DNA of 52,201 nucleotides from a virus: IMG/VR virus record IMGVR_UViG_3300009124_000020; one strand, 5' to 3'. Shown piece by piece: positions 1 to 9,184 of this stretch (position 1 is its first letter; each line of letters starts with the position of its first letter). The notes under the pieces were generated by a model. It saw only the letters and a program-made list of their open reading frames with translations, ran no database searches and was not told where the DNA came from. The position numbers and the translations under genes were made by a program.

Positions 1-82
1 GGTGCTAATATTACTGCTCCACCTCTAAATGCAGAGTTTAACCAACTACTTGCTGCATTTTCTGGTTCTACAGGGCATACAC
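1..82. repeat. Terminal overlap, identical to 52120..52201 (assembly closure of a circular or permuted genome)
   Basis: Read directly: nt 1-82 and 52120-52201 are the same 82-nt string. Confidence 0.95.
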
Positions 83-3000
83 ATACAGGTGGTACAGGCG
101 ATGCTCCACCAATTCCACTAGCAACTTCAGTAAGTGGTTACTTGCTTCCTGCCAATGGTGGTGTAGGGGGTAAGAATAGTAATGCTCAATCTACAAACCC
201 TGTCGTAGGAGATGATAACGCAGATGGTTATGCTCCAGGTTCTATATGGTTAAACGGAACTAACAACAGACTTTTTGTTAACTTAAACAACTCTACAGGA
301 GCAGCAGTTTGGGGAGAATATCTTTTAAACAATGCTTCTAACCAAGTATTACCTCATACAGATGATACTGTTGATTTAGGTTCATCAACAAAACAATTTA
401 AAGATTTATATATAGATGGAACAGCGTATGTAGATACTCTTAACGCTGATGCTGCTACTATTGGTGGAACGCTTGGAGTTACAGGTGCAATCACTTTCTC
501 ATCAACAGCAGCTATTACAGGAAACACAACAGTAGGTGGTACTCTAGGTGTTACAGGAGCTACTACACTTTCAGACAATTTAAGTGTCTCTGGAAATACT
601 ACAGTCTCAGGAAATACATCATTAAATGGCAACACTACAGTAGGTAATGCTGCTTCAGATACAGTTACTTTTACAAGTCAGGTTGCTAGTGATTTCATTC
701 CTTCTACTGACGGAACTCATGATCTAGGTAGTTCAACTAAAGAATGGCAAGATCTATACATTGATGGAACTGCAAACATCGATAGTTTGGTTGCTGATAC
801 AGCCGACATTGATGGTGGTTCTATTGATGGAACAGTTATTGGTGGTAGCGTACAATCGAGTGGGCAATTTAGCTCGGTCACATCAACTAACCTAACAGCT
901 TCAGGTGCAATTTCTTTTGCAGCAGCTACTATCTCAAATCTAGGTACAGTCACTACTGCTAATATAGATGGGGGGACTATTGATGGCGTAACACTCGGAG
1001 TCAATTCCCCCATCACCAACGCTCAAGTTGATAATATTAATATCAATGGGTCAGCAATTACTTCAACAAATACTAATGGTAATATTGCGATAACACCTAA
1101 TGGGTCAGGTGAAGTCGATATATCTAAAGTAGATATTGATTCAGGTACAATCGACAATACTGCTATTGGTTCTTCAACAGCATCTTCAGGTGCATTTACT
1201 ACAGTCACAACTTCAGGACAGGCTACATTAGCTTCTGCTGATATTAATGGTGGTACTGTAGATGGTGCTGTTATAGGTGGTTCTTCTCCTCAAGCAATTA
1301 CAGGTACAACGATTACTGCGAACACAGGTTTCGTAGGGGGAGTTACAGGAAATGTCACAGGTAACTTAACAGGTAATGTTACTGGTAATGTGACAGGAGA
1401 TCTTACAGGAGATGTGACAGGTAATATTACTGCATCTTCAGGAACTTCTACAGTTAATAACTTAGTCGTAAATGGAACTGCTAACTTTACTAACACTCCA
1501 CTTACAAACATTTCTGACCCTTCAAGTGCTCAAGATGCTGCTACTAAAAACTATGTAGATACACAGGTTGCAGGTTTAGTAGACTCTGCTCCTGGTACAT
1601 TAGATACACTTAATGAACTAGCTGCTGCTCTTGGAGATGATCCTGATTTTGCTACAACAATTACAAACTCAATAGCTACCAAACTTCCACTAGCAGGTGG
1701 AACGATGAGTGGTGCTATTGCTATGGGTACTTCTAAGATCACAGGAGTAGGAGACCCAACTGCTAATCAAGATGCAGCAACAAAGAATTACACAGATACC
1801 CAAGACGCATTAAAACTTAATCTATCAGGTGGCACTATGTCAGGTGCTATCGCAATGGGTACAAATAAAATTACAGGTGCTGGTGATCCTACCAATGCAC
1901 AAGATGTAGCTACTAAGAACTACATAGACACATTATTTGGTAGTACTACTTCGGCTGCAAGTTCAGCTTCGGCTGCTGCAACATCGGCAACTAATGCTGC
2001 TACTTCAGCGACTAACGCTGCAACCTCGGAAACCAATGCTGCGACATCAGCTACCAATGCAGCAAACTCTTATGATGCTTTTGATGACAGATACTTAGGT
2101 GCTAAATCATCTGTACCAACATTAGATAATGATGGCGATGCTTTGATTGTTGGAGCACTTTATTTTGATACTAACTCAAGCACTATGAAGGTTTATTCTT
2201 CAGGTGGTTGGGTAGCTGCTGGTTCATCAGTAAACGGAACAGCCGAAAGATTTGAGTATGTCGTAGGTACAAATTCAGGATCTTATACTGATAGTTCTAC
2301 TACAACTTTCCCAGCTACTTATGATGTTGGTTTCGTTGATGTATATCTCAATGGTGTTAAGCTCGTCACAGGAACAGATGTAACAGTTACTTCAGGAACT
2401 AATGTAGTCCTAACTTCTCCAGCAGCGACAGGAGACAATATTTGTATTATAGGCTATGGTGCATTTGAATTAGCAAACTTCTCAGTAAGTCAAGCAAACG
2501 ATGTAGATCTAACAGGTAATGCTAATAACGCTATCCTAGCTTATGACAGCACAGACTCAAGATTTGAGCCTACTCTTACCCCAACATTAACTTCATTAAC
2601 AACTACAGGATCAATCACTACTGCTGGTCTTACAACAAGTGCAGATATCAACTTTGGCGATAACGACAAAGCCATCTTTGGAGCAGGTTCAGATTTACAG
2701 ATTTATCACGATGGTAGTAATAGTTTTATAAGAGATGCAGGTACAGGCAATCTTGTTATAAGAGGAACTAGTCTTAATTTACAAAAAGATGGTGGCGAAT
2801 CTTATATTACTATGGTTGCAGATGGTGCAGTAACTGCATATTACGACAACTCTCCAAAACTAGCCACAACCTCAACAGGTATAGACGTAACAGGTAGAGT
2901 TACAAGTGATAGTTTGACTGTTGATACATCTACTTTAGTTGTTGATTCTACAAATAATAGAGTTGGAGTTGGCACAACTTCGCCAAGTAGTGCTTTAGAA

Positions 3001-3864
3001 ACAGTAGGTGGAGATGGAATAACTATATCTAATTCAGGCGATACTTTCTTACAATTAAAAACTACAGGTACAACAGCTACTAACTATATTGAGTTTAAAG
3101 ATTCAGGTGGTTCTGCTGGTAGTATTTCATATAACCATACAGACAATTATTTAGCTACAAAAGTTAATGGTTCTGAGAGACTTAGAATAACTAATGAAGG
3201 TGATGTCAGCATAGGTTCAGACCATGCTGGATTTAGTGGTTGGAGAGTTTTAAATATGAGAGGAGAAGCTGCTTCAGGAGCTTTAATAAATTTTGAAGCT
3301 AATGATGCAACTCGTAGAGCAGCTATAGCAAATTCAAGCGGTGGTTTAAGACATCAAACATTTTTAAGTAGTCAGCCTATAACTTTTGAACCTAATGGCA
3401 CAGAAATAGCAAGATTTACTACAGATGGCTTAACATTTAACGGAGATACAGCAGCAGCTAACGCACTTGACGATTATGAAGAAGGTACTTGGACTCCATC
3501 ATTTCAAAGTGACTTGACTACCACTTATACAGCTAGAGTTGGAACATATACCAAAGTTGGTAATTTAGTAACAGCTTGGTTTCATCTTGATATTAATGTG
3601 AATGGAGCTACAGGTACACAAAGTTTAATTATAGCTGGATTACCTTTTGCAGCAATTAATACTTCAGAAAATTATGGTTCTACTGGTGGTCTACATTGTA
3701 ATCAATGGTCTACATCTACAAAACCTGACAATGCTTTAATTAGTCCAGGTGCTAATGTTGCTGCCGTTTATAAGAGTAACGGACAAGCAGGAATACAAAT
3801 ACCAACTCATAATGATATAGGTAATGGTAATATGTTAGGATTTATAATTTATAGAGCAACATAA
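1..3864 (+). CDS. Tail fibre protein, 3' portion. The first 14 codons (ATG at 52078) lie upstream of the 82-bp overlap; the ORF continues in frame across the circular junction
   Basis: Frame 1 is open from nt 1, so the TTG at 142 in the ORF track is internal. Fibre-type repeats are present: DLGSSTK(Q/E)(F/W)xDLYIDGTA twice, GGTMSGAIAMGTxKITGxGDPTxxQDxATKNY(T/I)DT in tandem, a GN(V/L)TG run, and an Ala/Ser/Thr-rich SAxxA run. There is a C-terminal EEGTWTP domain. Confidence 0.85.
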   Translation, partial: GANITAPPLNAEFNQLLAAFSGSTGHTHTGGTGDAPPIPLATSVSGYLLPANGGVGGKNSNAQSTNPVVGDDNADGYAPGSIWLNGTNNRLFVNLNNSTGAAVWGEYLLNNASNQVLPHTDDTVDLGSSTKQFKDLYIDGTAYVDTLNADAATIGGTLGVTGAITFSSTAAITGNTTVGGTLGVTGATTLSDNLSVSGNTTVSGNTSLNGNTTVGNAASDTVTFTSQVASDFIPSTDGTHDLGSSTKEWQDLYIDGTANIDSLVADTADIDGGSIDGTVIGGSVQSSGQFSSVTSTNLTASGAISFAAATISNLGTVTTANIDGGTIDGVTLGVNSPITNAQVDNININGSAITSTNTNGNIAITPNGSGEVDISKVDIDSGTIDNTAIGSSTASSGAFTTVTTSGQATLASADINGGTVDGAVIGGSSPQAITGTTITANTGFVGGVTGNVTGNLTGNVTGNVTGDLTGDVTGNITASSGTSTVNNLVVNGTANFTNTPLTNISDPSSAQDAATKNYVDTQVAGLVDSAPGTLDTLNELAAALGDDPDFATTITNSIATKLPLAGGTMSGAIAMGTSKITGVGDPTANQDAATKNYTDTQDALKLNLSGGTMSGAIAMGTNKITGAGDPTNAQDVATKNYIDTLFGSTTSAASSASAAATSATNAATSATNAATSETNAATSATNAANSYDAFDDRYLGAKSSVPTLDNDGDALIVGALYFDTNSSTMKVYSSGGWVAAGSSVNGTAERFEYVVGTNSGSYTDSSTTTFPATYDVGFVDVYLNGVKLVTGTDVTVTSGTNVVLTSPAATGDNICIIGYGAFELANFSVSQANDVDLTGNANNAILAYDSTDSRFEPTLTPTLTSLTTTGSITTAGLTTSADINFGDNDKAIFGAGSDLQIYHDGSNSFIRDAGTGNLVIRGTSLNLQKDGGESYITMVADGAVTAYYDNSPKLATTSTGIDVTGRVTSDSLTVDTSTLVVDSTNNRVGVGTTSPSSALETVGGDGITISNSGDTFLQLKTTGTTATNYIEFKDSGGSAGSISYNHTDNYLATKVNGSERLRITNEGDVSIGSDHAGFSGWRVLNMRGEAASGALINFEANDATRRAAIANSSGGLRHQTFLSSQPITFEPNGTEIARFTTDGLTFNGDTAAANALDDYEEGTWTPSFQSDLTTTYTARVGTYTKVGNLVTAWFHLDINVNGATGTQSLIIAGLPFAAINTSENYGSTGGLHCNQWSTSTKPDNALISPGANVAAVYKSNGQAGIQIPTHNDIGNGNMLGFIIYRAT

Positions 3865-3917
3865 CAATTTAACTAATATACCTAGTGGATTCTAGGTACG
3901 GACAAAAGGAGAAAAAA

Positions 3918-4214
3918 ATGGCATTAAATAAAATTATAAAAGAAGACAAAATTGAAATTGTCGGAGACTATAAAGCAGTTCAAATAAGGACAGCTACTGT
4001 GATTGAAGAAGATGGTGTTGAACTATCAAGATCTTTTCATCGTCATGTAGTACACCCAGGAGATGATCTTTCAGAGCAAAGTGCTGAAGTACAAGGAATT
4101 TGTAATGCAGTCCATACCCCTGAAATAATTGCTGATTGGGAAGCACATTTAGCATCACAGCAAGAACAAATAGTGAACAACGAAAGTTCTGTAGAGCCTA
4201 ATTCAGGAGAATAA
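3918..4214 (+). CDS. Hypothetical protein (possible fibre accessory or assembly factor, by position only)
   Basis: ATG at 3918 is preceded by AAGGAG (3906-3911). The GTG at 3885 in the ORF track is less likely. Confidence 0.55.
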   Translation: MALNKIIKEDKIEIVGDYKAVQIRTATVIEEDGVELSRSFHRHVVHPGDDLSEQSAEVQGICNAVHTPEIIADWEAHLASQQEQIVNNESSVEPNSGE

Positions 4215-4220
4215 TAAATA

Positions 4221-6470
4221 ATGACTAAAGCAAGAAGTTTATCAGATTTTATAGAGTCAGATGGCTCAGTTACCCTTGTAGATAATCAGAAGATTAAAGT
4301 CGGTACAGGTAATGATCTTGAGATCTATCATGATGGTTCTAATAGTTATATTAAAGATGTAGGTACAGGAAGATTAACACTACAGAGTGCTACTGACTTT
4401 TTAGTAGCAAATACTACGAATACACAAAATTACATATACGCTCAAGAGAGTGGTTATGTTCGTCTTTATCATTCAGGCTCAACAAAATTAGAAACAACCT
4501 CAACAGGCGTATCTGTTACAGGTACTATAACAGCTAGTGGGTTAGTTTATCCGTCATCAGATGGCACAAACGGACAAGTGCTTACTACTGATGGATCTGG
4601 TAATTTATCTTTTAGTACAATAAGTGGTTATACAGATAGTGATGTAGAAACTTATTTAGATGGTGGAACAGCAACCCCTGTATTTAGTAATACAGAGATT
4701 AGTGGAACAATCAAACTTGATGGTAATTATCCAACTGGTACAGAAAACTTAGCTTTAGGTGATACTGCTTTAGATAGCTTGACAAGTGGAAATTATAATA
4801 CTGTTATCGGCAGTACAGCAGGTACTGCACTTACTGAAGGTAATTATAATACTTTTTTAGGAAGGTCAGCAGGTACTTCATTAAGTACTGGAAGCTCTAA
4901 TATAGCTATTGGCTTCGCTTCTTTAGAAACAGGCAGTACTGGTTCAGGCAATATAGCTATAGGTAAAGATGCTTTAAGACTTACAACCACAGCAAGTAAT
5001 AATGTAGCAATAGGCTTAGAAGCTCTTGAAAACAATACTATAGGTGACCAAAATGTTGCTGTTGGCAGACTTGCTCTTAAATCAAATACTGAAGGTGATT
5101 ATAATGTTGCTATTGGTCCACAAGCACTTGATGCTAATACGACTGGCTCTAATAATGTAGGTATGGGTTACGGAGCTTTAGGTGCAAATACTACAGCCGA
5201 TAACAATACAGCTATTGGTCATTTTGCACTTATATCAAACACTACAGGTTACGACAACGTAGCTGTAGGAAGAAACGCACTTGATGCTAATACGACTGGA
5301 TATTCAAACGTATCTATCGGAGAAAGCTCACTTACTTCAAACACCACTGGGTATAGAAATACCGCTGTTGGTCAAGGTGCTTTATCACTTTGTAGTACTG
5401 GTATAGAAAATACAGCTTTAGGTCAAAATGCTGCTAATGATGTTAGCACAGGTAATTACAATGTTGCTGTAGGACAAAATTCACTAGCTGCGTGTTCTTC
5501 AGGTAGTGCTAATGTTAGCATTGGTGTTAATTCAGGCGATGCTATTACTACAGGGGGAAATAATGTATGTATTGGTCATGAAGCAGGAAGTGCAGTTAAT
5601 ATAGGTTCAGGTAATACTTTAATAGGAGCTTATGCAGGTGACGCAATTAATAATTCTAATGGTAAATGGAATGTTGCGATAGGATTTGGAACCTTAGGAG
5701 CCCAAACAGCACAGTTTCAATCAACAGCTGTAGGTCAAGGCTGTTTAGGTAACAATACTGCTCATGCTTCATCAGGGTTTGGTTCAAAATGTTTAGAAGA
5801 TAATACATCTGGTCAAGGTAACAATGGATTTGGTTATTTTTGTTTAAATAGCTGCACAACAGGTGATAATAACGTAGCTTTTGGTAATGCTGCTGGTAGA
5901 TATATTACCACAGGTAACGATAATGTATGTATAGGCGGTGGGTCTGCTAATACTCTGACAACTGGTAGTGACAATATTATTATTGGACAAGGTGCTGATT
6001 CTGATGGAGCAGCATTTAGTGGGCAAATACTTTTAAGTTGTGTTGGTGGTAATACTAAAGGAACTAATACTGGTTTTATACAACCCGGAGGAAGTGGTGG
6101 AGTTTATCAAGGTAATAACTCATCATCTTGGTCAACAACATCTGACAGAAGAATTAAAAAGAATATTGAAGATAATAATATTGGTCTAGATGCTATTAAA
6201 GATATAAGAGTTAGAAACTTTGAGTATAGAACAGAAGATGAGATAACAGAAGTACCTAGTAGTGCAGCTATTGGTAAAGAAGGTGTACAACTTGGTGTTA
6301 TAGCTCAAGAGATAGAAACAATTTTACCTGATGTTGTCAAAGAAGAATCAACAGGGGTTAAATCTGTAAACCCAGATAATATTACTTGGTATTTAGTAAA
6401 CGCAGTAAAAGAACTTTCATCACAAGTAGATGAATTAAAACAAGAAATACAAACTTTAAAAGGAGAATAA
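4221..6470 (+). CDS. Second tail fibre or spike, with a C-terminal peptidase S74-type intramolecular chaperone domain
   Basis: The N-terminus (GNDLEIYHDGSNSYIKDVGTGRL) is shared with an internal module of fibre 1. The centre is a long array of degenerate NxAxGxxAL..NTTG repeats, similar to YadA/Hep_Hag heads. The C-terminal 109 aa (6141-6467: SDRRIKKNI...GVIAQEIETILPDVV...) matches the endosialidase-chaperone autoproteolytic domain. Confidence 0.85.
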   Translation: MTKARSLSDFIESDGSVTLVDNQKIKVGTGNDLEIYHDGSNSYIKDVGTGRLTLQSATDFLVANTTNTQNYIYAQESGYVRLYHSGSTKLETTSTGVSVTGTITASGLVYPSSDGTNGQVLTTDGSGNLSFSTISGYTDSDVETYLDGGTATPVFSNTEISGTIKLDGNYPTGTENLALGDTALDSLTSGNYNTVIGSTAGTALTEGNYNTFLGRSAGTSLSTGSSNIAIGFASLETGSTGSGNIAIGKDALRLTTTASNNVAIGLEALENNTIGDQNVAVGRLALKSNTEGDYNVAIGPQALDANTTGSNNVGMGYGALGANTTADNNTAIGHFALISNTTGYDNVAVGRNALDANTTGYSNVSIGESSLTSNTTGYRNTAVGQGALSLCSTGIENTALGQNAANDVSTGNYNVAVGQNSLAACSSGSANVSIGVNSGDAITTGGNNVCIGHEAGSAVNIGSGNTLIGAYAGDAINNSNGKWNVAIGFGTLGAQTAQFQSTAVGQGCLGNNTAHASSGFGSKCLEDNTSGQGNNGFGYFCLNSCTTGDNNVAFGNAAGRYITTGNDNVCIGGGSANTLTTGSDNIIIGQGADSDGAAFSGQILLSCVGGNTKGTNTGFIQPGGSGGVYQGNNSSSWSTTSDRRIKKNIEDNNIGLDAIKDIRVRNFEYRTEDEITEVPSSAAIGKEGVQLGVIAQEIETILPDVVKEESTGVKSVNPDNITWYLVNAVKELSSQVDELKQEIQTLKGE

Positions 6471-6471
6471 T

Positions 6472-6759
6472 ATGATTGTAGAACCACAAACAGTATCACA
6501 AGTTTTAACTGCAGCAATGGATAGTGTAAATCTAATTAATAGTATCAATTCAGATGCTTCTACAGAACCATATGTAAATGGTATGACACAGGAAGAAATT
6601 AATACTGTAGTAGATAAGAATGTAAAACATTTAGAGCTTATTTTAGAATATGCACCACAATACGAGGGCGATGATAGGCCTGATGTAGCTGGTAGTTCAG
6701 ATGATAAAACACTTTATACAACTGCGATCTCAACTGGTAAATCCTACCTTGCAACCTAG
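6472..6759 (+). CDS. Hypothetical protein
   Basis: The ORF starts 2 nt after the fibre 2 stop. No recognisable motif. Confidence 0.5.
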   Translation: MIVEPQTVSQVLTAAMDSVNLINSINSDASTEPYVNGMTQEEINTVVDKNVKHLELILEYAPQYEGDDRPDVAGSSDDKTLYTTAISTGKSYLAT

Positions 6760-6766
6760 ATTTTAA

Positions 6767-6795
6767 TTGAGTTGAAGCAGTAAATACTGTATAAT
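6767..6795 (+). promoter_or_regulatory. Sigma70-like promoter upstream of the acyltransferase gene
   Basis: TTGAGT (6767-6772), 17-nt spacer, TATAAT (6790-6795). It sits in the 91-nt gap before the ATG at 6851. Confidence 0.45.
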
Positions 6796-6850
6796 TAAGG
6801 GAGACAGATACTAGCAATGATGTAGAGTACACATAGGATACCTACTCATA

Positions 6851-7279
6851 ATGTCCCCAACACATAAAGAACAATATAATTCACTTGTCGTAGATGGATT
6901 AAAACTCTTTGGGTTATCTAACTTTCACAGGAATTATACTTTAAAGGAGTTCACGAATTATTTTCTGTACCCTTTAAACCATAAAAAGATTCGATTTTTT
7001 TATGAAGGTAAAGTGCCGATAGGATTAGTTACTTGGTGCTTCTTATCTAATGAAAAATCAGAAGGCTTCTTCAAAGATGAGTATGTCATTCAAGAAGAAG
7101 ATTATAGAGCAAACGAAGGCGACAAACTTTGGTGCATAGAGTTTATAGCACCATTCGGAGATGCCTTAAAAGTTGCTAGGGGAATGCAAGAACATTTCCG
7201 AAACCTTTACCCAGGTAAACACAAAACAAGTTGGAAACGATTTGGAAGACAAGAACAACATGGGAAAGGATATTTTTAA
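6851..7279 (+). CDS. RTX toxin-activating lysine acyltransferase (HlyC/CyaC/ApxC, TAAT family) homologue
   Basis: Alignment recalled against E. coli HlyC. LHRNW (catalytic His23) corresponds to FHRNY. SWANLSxENE corresponds to TWCFLSNEKSE. DRKWFIDWIAPFGD corresponds to DKLWCIEFIAPFGD. At 142 aa the size fits the family. Confidence 0.7.
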   Translation: MSPTHKEQYNSLVVDGLKLFGLSNFHRNYTLKEFTNYFLYPLNHKKIRFFYEGKVPIGLVTWCFLSNEKSEGFFKDEYVIQEEDYRANEGDKLWCIEFIAPFGDALKVARGMQEHFRNLYPGKHKTSWKRFGRQEQHGKGYF

Positions 7280-7294
7280 TTAGGATAATTTATT

Positions 7295-8893
7295 ATGGGA
7301 TCTAAAAAAACTACTAATGTTACTAATGAAACAGGTTTGGGAGATGACCAATTTACTACTCTGTCCGAAGGACAAGAAGGCATTAGTGGTCAAGTTACAG
7401 ACCTAAGTACAAATATTGATACGAGATTTGATACTGTAGACGATACGCTTGACTCAGGCTTTCAGGGAGTTGGCGATCAACTTAATACAGTAGGAGATAC
7501 TCTAGGAACTCTAGGTACAGATATGTCTACAGGCTTCGGTAATGTCCAAGCCGATATATCTGGATTAGGCACAGACATGACTCAAGCCTTTGAGGGTCAA
7601 GCTGAAACAATTAATACAGGATTTGACACTCTAGGAACTCAAGTCGGAAATGAAGCGTCTGCTATTACAGCTAATGTTGATACTCGTACAGGAGAATTAA
7701 GCGACCAAATAGGTACAGGTTTTACTGACGCTGCAACTGCTATGGGTACAGGCTTCACAGATCTTACTGATGTTGTTACCACAGGTAATACAACTCTAGG
7801 AGATCAACTTACTGCAACAGGCGATGCTTTAGGTAAACAAGCAGAAGCTGGGTTTGGTGCTGTAACTTCTAATTTAGATGATGCCAAAGCTGCAATCATA
7901 GCTGGTCAAGGTGATATGACTACCTTGATAGAACAGTATGGTGGTAACTTAGATGCTTACGCTACTTCATTACTTGAGGGACAAGCTAGTGCTCGTGAGC
8001 AAGTAGGAACTCTACAAACAGGACTAGATGATTTCGCTTCTCAATACGCAGATGATTACACACTCGCTGCTCAACAAAGAAACGAACTTCAACAAGGTAT
8101 CCAAGGTGGATTTAATCAAGCAGCAGAACAAGCTGGTCAAATAGCAAATGCTGCTGCAACAGAAAGAATGAATTTATCTCAAGGTCTAACGGATCTTGGG
8201 GCAGGTCAATCAGCTATTGGTGATACTATAGGTTCAGGCTTTAAAGGTGTTGGACAAGCGATTAGAGACTCTGAAGGTAATATCGTAGGACAAACAGTAC
8301 AAAGTGCTCAGAACCTAGATACTGCCATTAGAGATGCTGAAGGAAATGTTATTTCTGAAACAGCTAATTATGTTCAAGACGCAGAAGGTAATATCATTGG
8401 GGTACAAAACAAAACCTTTACAAGAATAGCTAAAGAACTTGCTGTAGGTTTTGATGATGGTTCTCAAGAGACATTAGCAGCTAAGACAGATTTTAATAAT
8501 AGACTAAGTGGAATTAAAAATGTTCTTAACACTCAAGGCGATCAATTAAGCGATAATCTAAGAGACTCTTACACAAAACTATCAAGTTCATTTGATGAGC
8601 AAGGAAAACTAATTGCTAACTCAACAGACAGTTTTGGTAATAGGATTTCAAGAGCAATAGATGCTCAAGGTAATCTACTAATAGCTACCTTTAATGAGAC
8701 AGGTGGAAAACTAGACCAACAATCTCTCAGCATCAATCAGATGATGGGTCAAATGGAACAGTTTGGTTATCGACCTGGTTCTAACATAAACATGGGAACT
8801 CTGTCCCCAGCAAGTCGTAGAGCCGAAGCTGCTTATGTTCAATCTGGAAGAGGTCTTATGACACCTTTCACAAGGACTAGAGAGGTAGCCTAA
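7295..8893 (+). CDS. Repetitive Gly/Thr/Asp/Gln-rich protein, probably virion-associated. It is a candidate neighbour-encoded substrate of the acyltransferase
   Basis: A 532-aa ORF starting 15 nt after the acyltransferase gene. It has degenerate (T/S)GFxxxG repeats and a four-fold D(A/S)(E/Q)GN(I/V/L)(I/V/L) repeat. Canonical RTX GGxGxD nonapeptides are absent. Confidence 0.5.
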   Translation: MGSKKTTNVTNETGLGDDQFTTLSEGQEGISGQVTDLSTNIDTRFDTVDDTLDSGFQGVGDQLNTVGDTLGTLGTDMSTGFGNVQADISGLGTDMTQAFEGQAETINTGFDTLGTQVGNEASAITANVDTRTGELSDQIGTGFTDAATAMGTGFTDLTDVVTTGNTTLGDQLTATGDALGKQAEAGFGAVTSNLDDAKAAIIAGQGDMTTLIEQYGGNLDAYATSLLEGQASAREQVGTLQTGLDDFASQYADDYTLAAQQRNELQQGIQGGFNQAAEQAGQIANAAATERMNLSQGLTDLGAGQSAIGDTIGSGFKGVGQAIRDSEGNIVGQTVQSAQNLDTAIRDAEGNVISETANYVQDAEGNIIGVQNKTFTRIAKELAVGFDDGSQETLAAKTDFNNRLSGIKNVLNTQGDQLSDNLRDSYTKLSSSFDEQGKLIANSTDSFGNRISRAIDAQGNLLIATFNETGGKLDQQSLSINQMMGQMEQFGYRPGSNINMGTLSPASRRAEAAYVQSGRGLMTPFTRTREVA

Positions 8894-8898
8894 ATAAT

Positions 8899-9171
8899 AT
8901 GGCAGAGGAAAATAGACTCCATAGGATCGAGTTAAAGCTCGACAAACTAGCAGAAGCAGTAGTCCAACTAGCAAGAATGGAAGAACGATTAGTTACTTTA
9001 TTTAATCGTATGGATAGTTGGGAAACTCGACAACTCAAACTCGAAGCTCGTGTTGATGAAATAAAAACAGAAGTACGAACAAACAAAAGTGCAGTTAATT
9101 TTGGGGAAAGATTATTTTGGGTTGTTCTTACAGCATTAGTAGGAACGCTATTTTGGTTCTTTAGAACCTAA
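8899..9171 (+). CDS. XhlA-like lysis-associated membrane protein (coiled coil plus C-terminal TM)
   Basis: 90 aa. The N-terminus is coiled coil (RIELKLDKLAEAV...). There is one C-terminal TM segment (LFWVVLTALVGTLFWFF). It lies immediately upstream of the endolysin. Confidence 0.45.
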   Translation: MAEENRLHRIELKLDKLAEAVVQLARMEERLVTLFNRMDSWETRQLKLEARVDEIKTEVRTNKSAVNFGERLFWVVLTALVGTLFWFFRT

Positions 9172-9184
9172 AGGAGTTTATTTT

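Noticed and set aside
354-1742. Five minus-strand ORFs (354-635, 717-1019, 1023-1208, 1290-1511, 1551-1742) antisense to the tail-fibre gene
   Set aside because: They are low-complexity Val/Pro/Ser-rich mirror translations of the repetitive Gly/Thr/Ala/Asn fibre sequence. They have no ribosome-binding sites and lie wholly inside a well-supported gene.
7295-8893. Possibility that the 532-aa neighbour of the acyltransferase is a bona fide RTX toxin
   Set aside because: No canonical GGxGxDxUx calcium-binding nonapeptides are present, and there is no C-terminal secretion-signal-like region. It remains only a positional candidate substrate.
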